Shown: positions 47,601-59,600 of the stretch, piece after piece
Layout: each line of letters starts with the position of its first letter
Numbering within the stretch: the first letter of the stretch is position 1
Source of the DNA: Podarcis muralis
Taxonomy: Eukaryota
Direction: 5' to 3'
NCBI RefSeq assembly: GCF_964188315.1
Contig: NC_135664.1
Coordinates: forward strand, 45,694,001-45,758,000
DNA length: 64,000 bases
Position numbers and translations under genes: made by a program
Notes under the pieces: generated by a model
Told to the model about the DNA's origin: nothing
The model's input: the letters and a program-made list of their open reading frames with translations, nothing else
The model's database searches: none

Positions 47601-50600
47601 GGCAACTTTTGAGCAAACATAGGCTTGAGCTATTGGTTTCCACAAACTGGTCAGCTAGGTGCAAACTCTAGGAAGCTCACAAGCAAGGCAGAATCTGATT
47701 ACTTACTTCTTGGTCCTAGGATCTGGAACTTGGAGGCAGGGATGCCAACAGGATTTCCTGGGTCCTGTATGCTGTATGTGGGTTGGGTCCTTGCATTGGC
47801 AAGAACTGCTTCTTAATCGCAGTGGCATAGCATAATCGCAGTGGCATAACAGGGGCGATTGCCCTGGATGCAAAATTCTTAGGGGTGCAAAATTTCATAA
47901 GAAAAATAAAGAAAGTAAGTAGTAGTATTAGTAGTAAAAAAAAAAAAGCAGATTGTTCTCCTCCATCCAGTGTCAGACTGGCAGCAACAATAGCAAGCTT
48001 CTCTTTTTTTTCTTCTTCTGATGCTCTGGGAGGCTCCCTTTCCAAGTCCTATATCAGCTTTTCTTCCTCTGGTTACTTAACAAAAGTGATTAAAAGACTT
48101 TAGCAACAGCTATTTATTTTCCTAATAAGGCTTACAGTGTTGACTCCACAGTTTGCTTTCTAACTTTTTTAAATAGATGTCTGGTTGACTATTTTTTTAA
48201 AAAAACAAAAGCTAAGAGTTTTGGGTCCCTGCTGGCTTGGAGCCCAGTACATATGTTCAGACTATAGTTGCACACAAGTGCAGGAAAAAGCCTTAGCAGT
48301 TGATTATGTCCAATGTAGAGACTAGTCTTCAGTTTTAAGCCTTCCCACCTCCTCAAACTGCAAGGTGGATGTGTCAGGCAATTAGATTTAATCAACTTTA
48401 ATTGTTACTGTTCTTTGGAAGGATGAAAAAAAATTAAAAGAAAGCCACCTCAAAGTATTAACCACTGGGCTGGATCCAAAGTACTGCACATGGAAGTAAA
48501 AGAGCTGCTAGTGTTGTTCCAAGAACACATGTGCAATGCCAGATTGGTGGGTGGAATAGCAGTCCTTAAGCTTCTCTTATGCAACCTCTTGCCTATGTGT
48601 CAGATTGTTTCATGTCTGTTTCACAAGATTCTAGCTCAAAGGGTAAAGTAGCACTTCCTTGAGCAGAAGACACTTTCAACACATCAAATAAAAAGATTTG
48701 ATGCATTCCATTAAATTTTCAGCAAAATAATGCATTAAACTGCACTGATATGCCCAAATTTGCTGAACTGAGCTGAGAGAATGTGTCATATTTTGGTCCA
48801 ATGTGTATAGAAACAAGCTGCAAAATTCATCCAATGCAAAAAAATGAAGGTGTCTAAAACTCAGGCCCCCTTTGAGCTTGAGGCTCAGGACAAATAACCC
48901 TCCTGGCATCATCCCCTCCACCTCTGATTGGCCCTGGAGGCACCAAATTTAGTATTTATGGAGTCCAGGACCAGGTGGGCTGTGATTGGCATTGCACATA
49001 CACAAGAAAGCAAGCTTAACACTTTTTGGAAATTGGGAGATGGGTGGTTGAGGTGCTAAGTTCATGGGATGTTCCTGACCTACAGGACATTTCAGAGGAG
49101 GGCTCAGATTGCATGTACGCCAAGGTTCAGGAAGGACCTAACTGGTCCACTTGGACAGCTAAAGAAATTGTGTGGGGTGGTTCTGTATCACAACAACCTG
49201 GATTCCACAGGATTCACCTGATGCTGCACATTGCAGGGAAATACTGATAATATCAGGCAAGCAGTCAGTCAAAGAAGCTTGCCATTATTAATATTCTCAT
49301 TGGAGAACTAATAAGCTCTCAAGGCAACTCCAGAGCACAGTTAGACAGCTGTTGCCACTAACCATTCACGAATATATGATGCTATAACCACTGTCAGCCC
49401 AAACCATTTGGCTGCCTGGAGTGCAAATGGTGCCCTACCCACTAAGGCTAAACCTATAGCCCTCCAGATGTTGTTTGACTCAAACTCCACCCCTGATCAC
49501 TGGCTACAACATCTGGAGAGCCACAGGTCCCCGAACGCTGCTTTAAGTCTTGCTGCAGGTTTGGGACATCAGTTGCTGCCTTCATCTGTTCCTTCATAAT
49601 GCTGCTTGAAGAAGGTCCCTACATTCTGCTGCATGGCAAAGCCTTGGCTGTGTCCATTCACTCCACCCTTCGAATTTATTTATTTTTAGATTCAATAGGT
49701 GATAAAATCCTAGTGGGAAAACAACCAAGGAGACAACCTAAATATTATTTGCCTTGTGATCACAATGTTGATTTACTCAGATACTAGTCTTATCTTTTTT
49801 GGAGGGGCATAGGGCATGTCCAGAAGTGTTGGATTTGGCGCACTACAGGCGGTTTGCTTCGCTGTGGATGAGAGAGTATGTCCAAGCAACTCTGAAGGGT
49901 TGGCAGAGTGGCTTCCTTTGCATGCAGATCATGTGAGCTCCCATTGCTCTGTTGACGGTGCCTTTGAATTAGACCAGCCTGTCCCTTAAGTGTTTGGTTG
50001 TTCATTTAACCATCTAATATTTTAATTGTGGCAGGGTGCTGGTGCTGTGTGGATTTTGCAAAGTAAGAGACATAAATTAGGTGCAGATGGTGTTTTTTAA
50101 AGTCTGCTACTGCCGTAGCTAAACTCATTTGCAAAACATGCTAGATGAAATGTGTGTGTGTTTTAAATTGACTCTTGTAGGTTGCTGAAGAATATATGGT
50201 TTTGTTCCCAACAGCTAGAGGTTGAATCACTAAGAGGTTCCTTGCTTTTTTGCTTTGAAGTGATAGGTGAATTTTCACCAGTGTAAATAAATGTTACAGT
50301 TCAATTCACTAGTGCTTCTGATGATAGTCGGTGGCAGGGCTGGCTCTAGGTTTGAGAGGGGACTGTGGGCAAAAGTGTCCTCTGGCAAGCCCCTCCTCTT
50401 GTCAGTGGGTCCTGGTGGGCTTATCTGCCTATGGTGCCAGTGCTTCAAGTAGCAGTGGGCAACTGTATCTAGCAACATTTTCTGTTTCCCACAGTGCCTC
50501 CCAGGTCTGGGGCATTGTGGGAACTTAAAAAGATGGCTGTATCCAACCACCTGGCACTCAGTGCCAGATCAGAAGAGAGGGCAAGGCAGGGCAGGCATCA

Positions 50601-53600
50601 ACAGTGGACCTTGTTGTGGTGCTGGGGCCCTGGCAACTGTCCAAGGATGCCAGCTGCTGAGATGGTAGCCCTTTACAATGAAAATACAACTGTTCCTTTT
50701 GACAAATAACAGTGAAATCTCAATTGTTTGGGGGGTGAGATGGGGTGTAGCGAACTTCAATATGTGTTTGGAATCAGATCTAAATTGTCACATTATTTTT
50801 AACATACACTACTGTTTCCACTCCAGCTAAATCTTTTTCAAAATCACGTATTAAACAATCAATTGATTAACCATTTTGACCATTCAGTTACGGTAATACT
50901 TTTAGCCACAGGAGTAGGAATTGTAGTTCATCAGCATCTGGAAGTCCTGAGGTTCCCCACACCTGCTTTATGATATCAAAGCACAACTAGGAAGAAAAAG
51001 AATAGAGTATTCGGTCTCTTCATTTTGTTCAGAGATTGTTCAGCTTTGCTGTGCAAGAGCCTTCCACTTCTATGGCATAAATCCACCAGCTCTCCTGGCA
51101 TTTCTCTGTTGTTCCAGGTTACAAATGCTCATTCTGCTGCAATGAGTTTGTTAATCTCTAGGCAGCCTTCTGCAACATGACACTGTCCAGATGTTTGGCA
51201 CTATGACTTCCCATTGCCCCACCCAGTGCTGATCAGATGGGAGTTGTAGTGCACAACATATGTAGGACACCAGGTTGAGGAAGGCTGCTCTAAGGCAACA
51301 CAGGTCTCTCAGTAGTTTTTGTTTCCTGCTGGCATGCCAATAACTACCACTCTTTCTCCTTTTCCCTCCAGAAAATTAAGCCTGAAGTAGACGAGTTTCT
51401 TCAAGAGCTGCGTACAAGAGTGTTAATTGGGGTAGTGGGTGGCTCAGACTACTCCAAGATAGCTGAGCAGCTGGGTGAAGGAGATGAAGGTGAGCAATAC
51501 ATACTTCTGCTTTCTAGGTGCTTTTGTTTAATGGAAGCATTTTGTTTAATGCTTTTGTTTAATGGTGCTTTTGTTTAATGGTGCTTTTGTTTAATGGATT
51601 GCAAAATCAAGCAATCGTAGCAGTCATATTGGTGAACAAAAGGGTGTGCAAATTGACACATGCAGAGGAAAGCACATGGTATGGCTGCTGTGGACTGCAC
51701 CATTTCAGACTGCAGGGGTGGGGATCATGTGACTCCATGCACCTCCATCCTTTTTCAAGGAAAGCTAGTGTGGGGAGAGGTTTGGGCCTAAACTTCACCC
51801 AAACAGGCCCCATCTGAAGAGTTTTGTTTTATGTGCAGAGGCATTCAAATGTGTGATTCTCTACCACTCTGAAGTGGTACAGCCTGGGAAGGACTATCCA
51901 TGGGCTGTTTCTGCATATTGGATCAAACCCAAGACAGTCGTAGCATTTCTGTGCTACTGTAACATAACTGTACTGCAGATCCACAAAGCCAAACTCAGTA
52001 TTGGAAGGTTCCAAATAGTCCTTGGAAGCTCAGCATGTTCTCCTGTGGCTTCAGACTGGTGGGAAGTGGAATCAGCTCTGGCCTTCGAAAGTGGGTTAAC
52101 TGGCCTCCAGAGCCACGTGGACAGGGACAGACACCTGTAGCTTCTCTCTATCCTACTCCCTATATCTGCAGCATTACCCACTATACATTCAGTTCAGGAT
52201 TCCCAAGACATCTCATTATATCCCAGATGTATAAGGGGTGGATTTAAATTGGCCCAATGCAGTTTCGGGATCCTCTTGATCAGGTCCAACAAGAGCTGTG
52301 TGCCTGACTTATTCCAATGCAGGTACATCACGAGGGAAGACAGATGAAGGTCCCAGCAGAGAAAGCAGGAACAGGAGCACAGCAAAGAGGGAGGTACTGA
52401 GGTGATGGAGAAAGGCGGAGATGGCGACAGAGCCAAGGGCATCATGGGATATTTGTTTGGTACAGACATAGAAACAGGGACCCAGAAAACTGCAGGCACT
52501 TGCAACGCAGCGCCATATGGAATAGAAGCAGCTTCCAGAAAAGCAGAGAAGGAAGCCACCAGCTGAATTTATACTGCAAACAGTCAATCCTATCTGGCCT
52601 GCAATAAGCCTAATAAGGTTGCAGGGCATCCTACAGTAAATGGCATCATGAGTTCATTCACAGCCCATGTTTCCAGACTTAGTTGGTGGGGTTCCTCTGA
52701 GCCTGTGGTCCTAAGTGCAAGACTTGCATCCTTTCGCAGAAGTAAAGCAGAACGGTTGTTCCATGCCTTTGCATTCCCCTCCATTGCCCCTTCCCCCAGT
52801 GACAAAGAATAATATCAGATTCTAAAACCTTCCTTCTAGACTAGAGATAACCTAATGTTCCCTTAAAAGGAAAGTGAACTGCTGATTCAGCATTGGCCTT
52901 TTTATCACTGCTGGGAAAGGCCAGTGTGAAATAACCTGTAGCTGCAGATCTGTGCACATTTGCTTGCAAGTAAGCTTCACTTAGCACAGAGACATGTGCT
53001 TCTGAGTAAACAAGCTCAGGGTTGCACTCTGAGTTACTGAGACGTTCCAAATGGAAAAGTGGGGGAGGCCAGACAAAGAGAGCATGGGCAGGCACAATTC
53101 AGCTTTGTTGCTGTGTGTGTCAGATGATTGAGTTCTCACTCAGCAACTTGCACACCTTCATCTGTAAAATGGGAGCATCACTACCAGCGTTCATGAGCAT
53201 CACTATTTTCAGGGCACCTCAAATCAAACTTTGCTGAAGTGTCAGAATAAAACCACAGAGATCCTGCGATTCAGCACCCACTTCCCTTGCAGCCCCTATC
53301 TATCTGACTGATTGATATTTCTCTCTCACCTTCATTTCCCTTCCTTCACTTCTTCTCCTCAACATCCTTTTTGCCCCTACAAATCTATTCCCCACAGTTA
53401 TCGACAAGTTTGATTACGTCTTTGCAGAAAATGGCACCGTGCAGTACAAGAATGGGCAACTGGTCTCCAAGCAGGTAGGCCCCGCCGCTTTGTGCTCTGC
53501 CACCAAGGCTGCAAATTTCCTCCTCCTCTTGCCTTCCTTCCCTGCCAAATCTCTCAGAGAGAGATGATGGTATCCAAAGTCTCTCAGGTTATCTGGCTCC

Positions 53601-56600
53601 ATACAGTTATCTGATAAGCCAGTATTTTATTGAGGAAGGGTTTCCCTCCCCCACCCCTCCAAAAAAGGAGGGAAAACTTTGAAGTAATGCTTGAACAATT
53701 TTAATTTGTGAAGTAATATGCCCAACATCTTTCTGGCATCTTCAGGGGCACTCAGAAATGACAATAAAGATTATGTTAAAAAGTACTCAATATCAAAGCT
53801 AATAATCTTAACGTAAAGATATACACTTTATATCAAATATGTAAGGTATTTGTATGGGTATCATTTATAAGGATATTAATATTCAGTACTCTTCATATAT
53901 ATATTATATATAGTACTGTATAACTTAGGGCTATGGAGTCCCCGATGTTTTAGTCCCTGAGAGGACACAGTATCTCCTCACAGGAGCAACTGGAGAATCT
54001 GTTGCTCCTGGCTCTTCCCACAGCAGGAAAGCCCCTTGCCAGGCCTTAGATAAATGCATGTAGACTTGGAAGGGACCCCAAGGGTCATCCAGTCCAATCT
54101 CCTGCAATGCAGGAATGTGGACATCTAATCCTTGTTGTGATTTCTTTTAGTGCAAGGTGATATGTCAAAAACATGTTGAGCACATTACAGCACAAAATAA
54201 AATTCTCAAGCAGCATTTTGAATCTTCATTTCCTTTTTTCCTTGATTTACTGGTCCTTTTGGTGCTGCCCCTCTCTTTTCATTTTTGTTCTATTCAACAT
54301 ATAATAAAATAACCTGTTCTGATGTTCACAATGTGGGTGTATTTGGTAAGAGAATTGCACTCTGTTGCCTCAGTGTGACCTTTGGGGGTTTTTTTGACAG
54401 GCTATCCAGAACCACCTTGGGGAAGAACTTCTGCAGGATCTGATCAACTTCTGCCTCAACTACATGGCACTTCTAAAGCTGCCCAAGAAACGGTAATGGC
54501 CCTTTCTTATTCCAGGGCATGCAGACTCTGGCTTGTCTCCTTAAGGAAGTGTCCCAGTCCCATTGTTCAGGAAGTGCCCCAGCTTCTCCAGAGAGGCTTT
54601 TTAGGACAAGCGTGTCACTTCAAGCTTGGGGAGGGGCTTTCCTTCCTTAAGTTAACTTATCAAAGGATTCAGGTCTCTCTTTTTATTTTCCAGATACTGT
54701 GTGAGTATTTAGAACCACAAAGTTGATAATCCAGCCCACCCAACTAAAACAAAGAACCTTAATCTTCAAATAATATCCAACAGAAACCTTTCCACTGTTT
54801 TATTGAATACAGTGGAACCTCAGGTTAAGTACTTAATTCATTCCGGAGGTCCGTACTTAACCTGAAACTGTTCTTAACCTGAAACACTACTTTAGCTAAT
54901 GGGGCCTCCTGCTGCTGCTGCCACGCCGCTGGAGCACGATTTCTGTTCTCATCCTGAAGCAAAGTTCTTAACCCGAGGTACTATTTCTGGGTTAGTGGTG
55001 TCTGTAACCTGAAGCGTATGTAACCCAAGGTTCCACTGTACCTGAAAGGGAAATATTCCACAATTTCTTTCAGCACTTGATTTCATTGCATAACTGTTCT
55101 TAGAGTTGGGTAACATGTTAAGAAGAAATTCCTTCCTTTCTGGAGTTTAAACTCATTGCCCTGTATTCACTATGCTTTCTAACTAGTTGCTATTGTTTCC
55201 CCACTTTTTCCAATATCCTTCTATATATTTTTAAGGAGTCAGTGTTTAGAACAGAAGGAAAGCAACTCTGATTTAACTTAGCCCTCACAGATGTTGTGTC
55301 TTGTGAGTACCACTTTCTAAAAAACCAGGTTAACCTCGACTCAGTTTATGTTATTTTGCTACACTATAATGCTGTGCCCAACATTGCAAACACACTGCAT
55401 ACTTTGTCCATGGGAATTTTGCATCCTGAATAAATGAAACATTAAAGAGTGGTATTCTAGGCATTTACTTCTAATAGCTCCAGTTCTTGTAGAGGAAAAA
55501 ATCACCCTGGAAGAAGAAAGATGCGATAGGTAAGGGCCATGAGGAATCTATGATCAGCTCTCTTAGGAAAAGTTGCATGCCACACACCATAAGCAAGGTA
55601 GAGGTCCCTCTTCTTGTGGTTAGTTTGACCTTGTGTTGTATCACGGCAGGAAGATTCTGCTTGACTTCATGTTAAAGAAATCAAGAGGCTGTGCAACAGA
55701 ACTGTCCTTTTTTTTACAACCACATACTCAACTTTCTCCTTTCTTCCCCTTTAAAAAAAAAATTATCAGGGGGACGTTTATTGAATTTCGCAATGGGATG
55801 TTGAACATCTCTCCTATTGGTCGAAGCTGCACTTTGGAAGAACGAATAGAATTTTCAGAACTGGACAAGGTAAATAATAAGCATTAGGCTCCAAATGTAT
55901 TTGTGACACACTGGAGCCTGTTAGAACCCCAGGGTGGTGGGTGGGTGGGTGGGTGGGTGTTTTCTAAGTATTAAGCCTGTTGCTAGGGTACCTTGCCTAT
56001 AAGCTGGAGCGAAACAGGAATATTATTCTGACTGGTCACAGTTATTGAAAGAAATTGCAAGGCACAAACACAAAATACTGCGTTTCATGGGCGAAAGTGG
56101 GATCTGAGAAGGATCAAAGTAATTGAGGGGGATGTTTCCTTATCCCTCTTCAGTCCTCTCTCACTTGTTTTCTGTTCATCTCCTTTACAGAAAGAGAGGA
56201 TTCGAGAGAAGTTTGTAGCTGCCCTGCAGAGGGAGTTTGCTGGCAAAGGCCTGCGGTTTTCCCGAGGTGAGAGTTTTCTTAGTCCTCTCTGTGATTTGGG
56301 AGGAACGGATAGGAAAAACAATTGATTTTGTATCCAAGAAGAATATGCATATATTCTTCTTTTGGCTGTGTTGTGCTTTTGTGCACACAAGTTCATTATT
56401 CTTGTGCTAGGAACTGATAATAAAAAGATTTTTTTAAAGTGTGTTTGGGTACTTGGTACAATTAGTTTTGGGGTCTTAGAAAAGCAAAACACCTAGCATG
56501 GTTTATGTTTAAAAAACTGGGTAAGTGCTTTGTTACAGGACTTAAAAGAGGTTTCCCTGTGGTGATCCCTGTCTGCGATGAGTTTATTTTCCATACTATT

Positions 56601-59600
56601 CTAAAACCCTCAAACTTTTTAGACATAACATCCATTTAATTGAGTGAAACATATGTCCAAGTTAGTGTTCTTGGAAGGACTGCTGTTTTAACAGAGGGAT
56701 CACTTTCTTTGCCAAGAATTGCCAGGATCAGAGCATGGTCTGTGGCTAGCAGCGCTCTGCCTAATACTCCAGTGGTCTGGCAACAATGCTCTGTTTTGGG
56801 TGCAACCCTATCCATTTGTTAGCCCTCTGTGCTCCTGCCCCCCCCCCCCATCCCAAATATGTGTGCCCCTTCACTGCCACTCCTCTGAACTCTACGCGTT
56901 CAGCAGGAGACTGAAGGGGGAAATGGCTGTACTCTTAAACCTGAAATCGTGGGCCTAATCATTTGTACATCCTAACATTTGGCTAACATTTGACTAGGAG
57001 TACAGTGCTGGCAATAGTGGGCTCTTTGTCCCTTACTAGGGGGCTGGCAGGTGGCCATATTTCCTTTATTTGTGGTGGGGGCAGTTGCTATTGGAGCTGT
57101 TGCCACCAGCAAGCCAGAATAATTTATCTGGAATACAGCTGTAGTACTGCCAAACTGACAGTGAATGAGGTCTCATGGCAAAAGTCCTTTGCTCTGCCCT
57201 GCAGTGATCCAATGCTAGGACCAATCTGCGTTTTACATTCGTCCCACAGTTAACAGACTCTCCTTTCCCTGCCCAGCCGTACGTAGAAGATAAGAACACT
57301 TTAGAATAGGGTTCCCTGCCAGCCCTCCAGCCAAAAAGCTTGAGAGCCACCCTTCCCCCTTATAGATATTTTTTCTGAGAAGTCATTAGCTCCTGCTCCT
57401 CACACTTCCCCAGCCAACTGTTTCTTGTTTGTGCCTTTGGCTGATGGGGCCTTGCTGACGCCATTCCGTCCCATTGCCATAGAAACGGCAGCTACTGAAT
57501 TAATGTGTCAGAGAAGCAGGCAGGCTGGCAGCCATGGTGCACGACCATCTATCACGGAACAATTTATTCTACAAAAGCCATTTGCACCTGAGGTGTTGAG
57601 GGGAGATCTTTTTCCTGCAAGCCTCCCCCTTCAGTCCGTTTCCCTTAATTCCATCACGCTTTCCCCCTCTGGCAGGTGGGATGATCAGCTTTGACGTCTT
57701 CCCTGAGGGCTGGGACAAGCGCTATTGCCTCGATATCCTTGAGGATGAGAGATTCGACACCATCCATTTCTTTGGGAATGAGACAAGTCCAGTAAGTAAA
57801 TCTGACCAAAGCCCTGTTCTTTGACAAGGGGCCAAGTCCTGTGTGGGATCGAGGAAGATAAAGCTGTCCATATCTAAACTGGCAGGCTCTCCACAGAGCT
57901 ACATTGCATTAAAATAACCAGCAGACTCCCATTTCCACTGTGGCTCAACTATGTCTTTTCCACAATGTTTAAAGGGCATTTGTGTATTTCAAAACATTTG
58001 GTAAATATACCTGGGGACCATGGCTGAAAGCCTGTTTTCAGATGTGCAAATGCCCTTTGGATGTTTCAGAAAAGACACAACTGATGTGTGATGGGAGCAT
58101 TTGCTGTAAGGTTTGAAGTGGCTCTCGTTCGCATTTTCCAGCCTTACAAGTTGGTACCTGGACTGCATGAAAGCAAGTATAAACTAAGAGTGCCCTCTTC
58201 TGGTGACTGGAAAATGCAAAGACATCTGTTCAAGTACCATTTCATTTCAACATCTCTAAAGGGATTTGTCTGCGCAGAAGCTTTGCGAGGAAGTAGAAAA
58301 AGAAGTGGACAACTTTTGTATCACATGAACACAATGAATCTTACAGTGCAGACAGTGCAGAAGGTTGGTGGTTCAAATCCCTGTGACAGGGTGAGCTCCC
58401 GTTGCTCTGTCCCAGCTTCTGCCAACCTAGCAGTTCAAAAGCATGCCAGTACAAGTAGATAAATAGGTACCACTGCGCTGGGAAGGTAAACGGCGTTTCC
58501 ATGCACACTCTGGTTTCCGTCACGCTGTTCCGTTGTGCCAGAAGCAGTTTAGTCATGCTGGCCACATGACCCAGAAAGCTGTCTGTGGACAAACGCCAGC
58601 TCCTTTGGCCTGAAAGAAAAATGAGTGCCGCACCCCATAGTCATCCCATAACTGTCCAGGGGTCTTTTACCTTTTACCTTTACCTTTACCTTACACAGCT
58701 TTTAAAAAAGACTCTGAAAATGCTCTGAAAATAACCATTTTAAAGCTCACAATGGAAAATTTCATAGGGAACTATTTCAGCTCAACAGCACCATCCGGTG
58801 TCACAGTGGTGGAACAGTGCAAGTAGATAAATAGGTACCGCTGTGGCGGGAAGGTAAACAGTGTTTCCGTGCACACTCTGGTTTTCCTTACAGTGTTCCG
58901 TTGCGCCAGAAGCGGTTTAGTCATGCTGGCCACATGACCTGGAAAGCTGTCTGTGGACAAACGCCACCTTCCTCAGCCTGAAAACGAGATGAGCGCCGCA
59001 CCCCACAGTTGCCTTTGACTGGACTTAACTGTCCAGGGGTCCTTTATCTTTACCTTTACCTGTCTGCACAGAAGCTTTGCGAGGAAGGAGAAAAGGAAGT
59101 GGGCAACTTTTGTCTCACATGCTCATCGTGAATCTTACAGTGCAGACAACGCAGCCCACACTTCAGCCCTTGTGTAATTGCTTTCAGGTGCATTGTGGAC
59201 ACACTCTGATTATCTGGTGTCGGTGCTCTGCAGAGATTGGATTTACCAGTTAAGCACACCCAACCCTCTTTTTAAAAAAAACAACCTACACATGGATACA
59301 CTTATATAAAACATGCCTGAAATAGTGTGGTTCATTGGCTCTCCTCCCTCCCTGTCAGCATCTGTCAGCATGTGAGGTCATGACTACTGATGCATGACAG
59401 GGGGAAATCAATACCATGAGCAGCAGCATCACTTCAGATTAGGTTTTACATGAAGTCAGGTCCCACAAGAAATACTTTAATTTACAAATTTCGCATAACG
59501 AGGGTACGCAGTCCCTTGGGTATGCAGAAACCACCTTCTGATCCGATAGGCACCACATAACCCAAGTTGAGAAGGGAGCAGGAGAGGGGGGAAGATATTC

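Noticed and set aside
46587-47622. 205 aa (+), 225 aa (-) and 165 aa ORFs at the PMM1 promoter
   Set aside because: CpG-island shadows; the real CDS starts at the Kozak ATG 46974 and splices at 47048.
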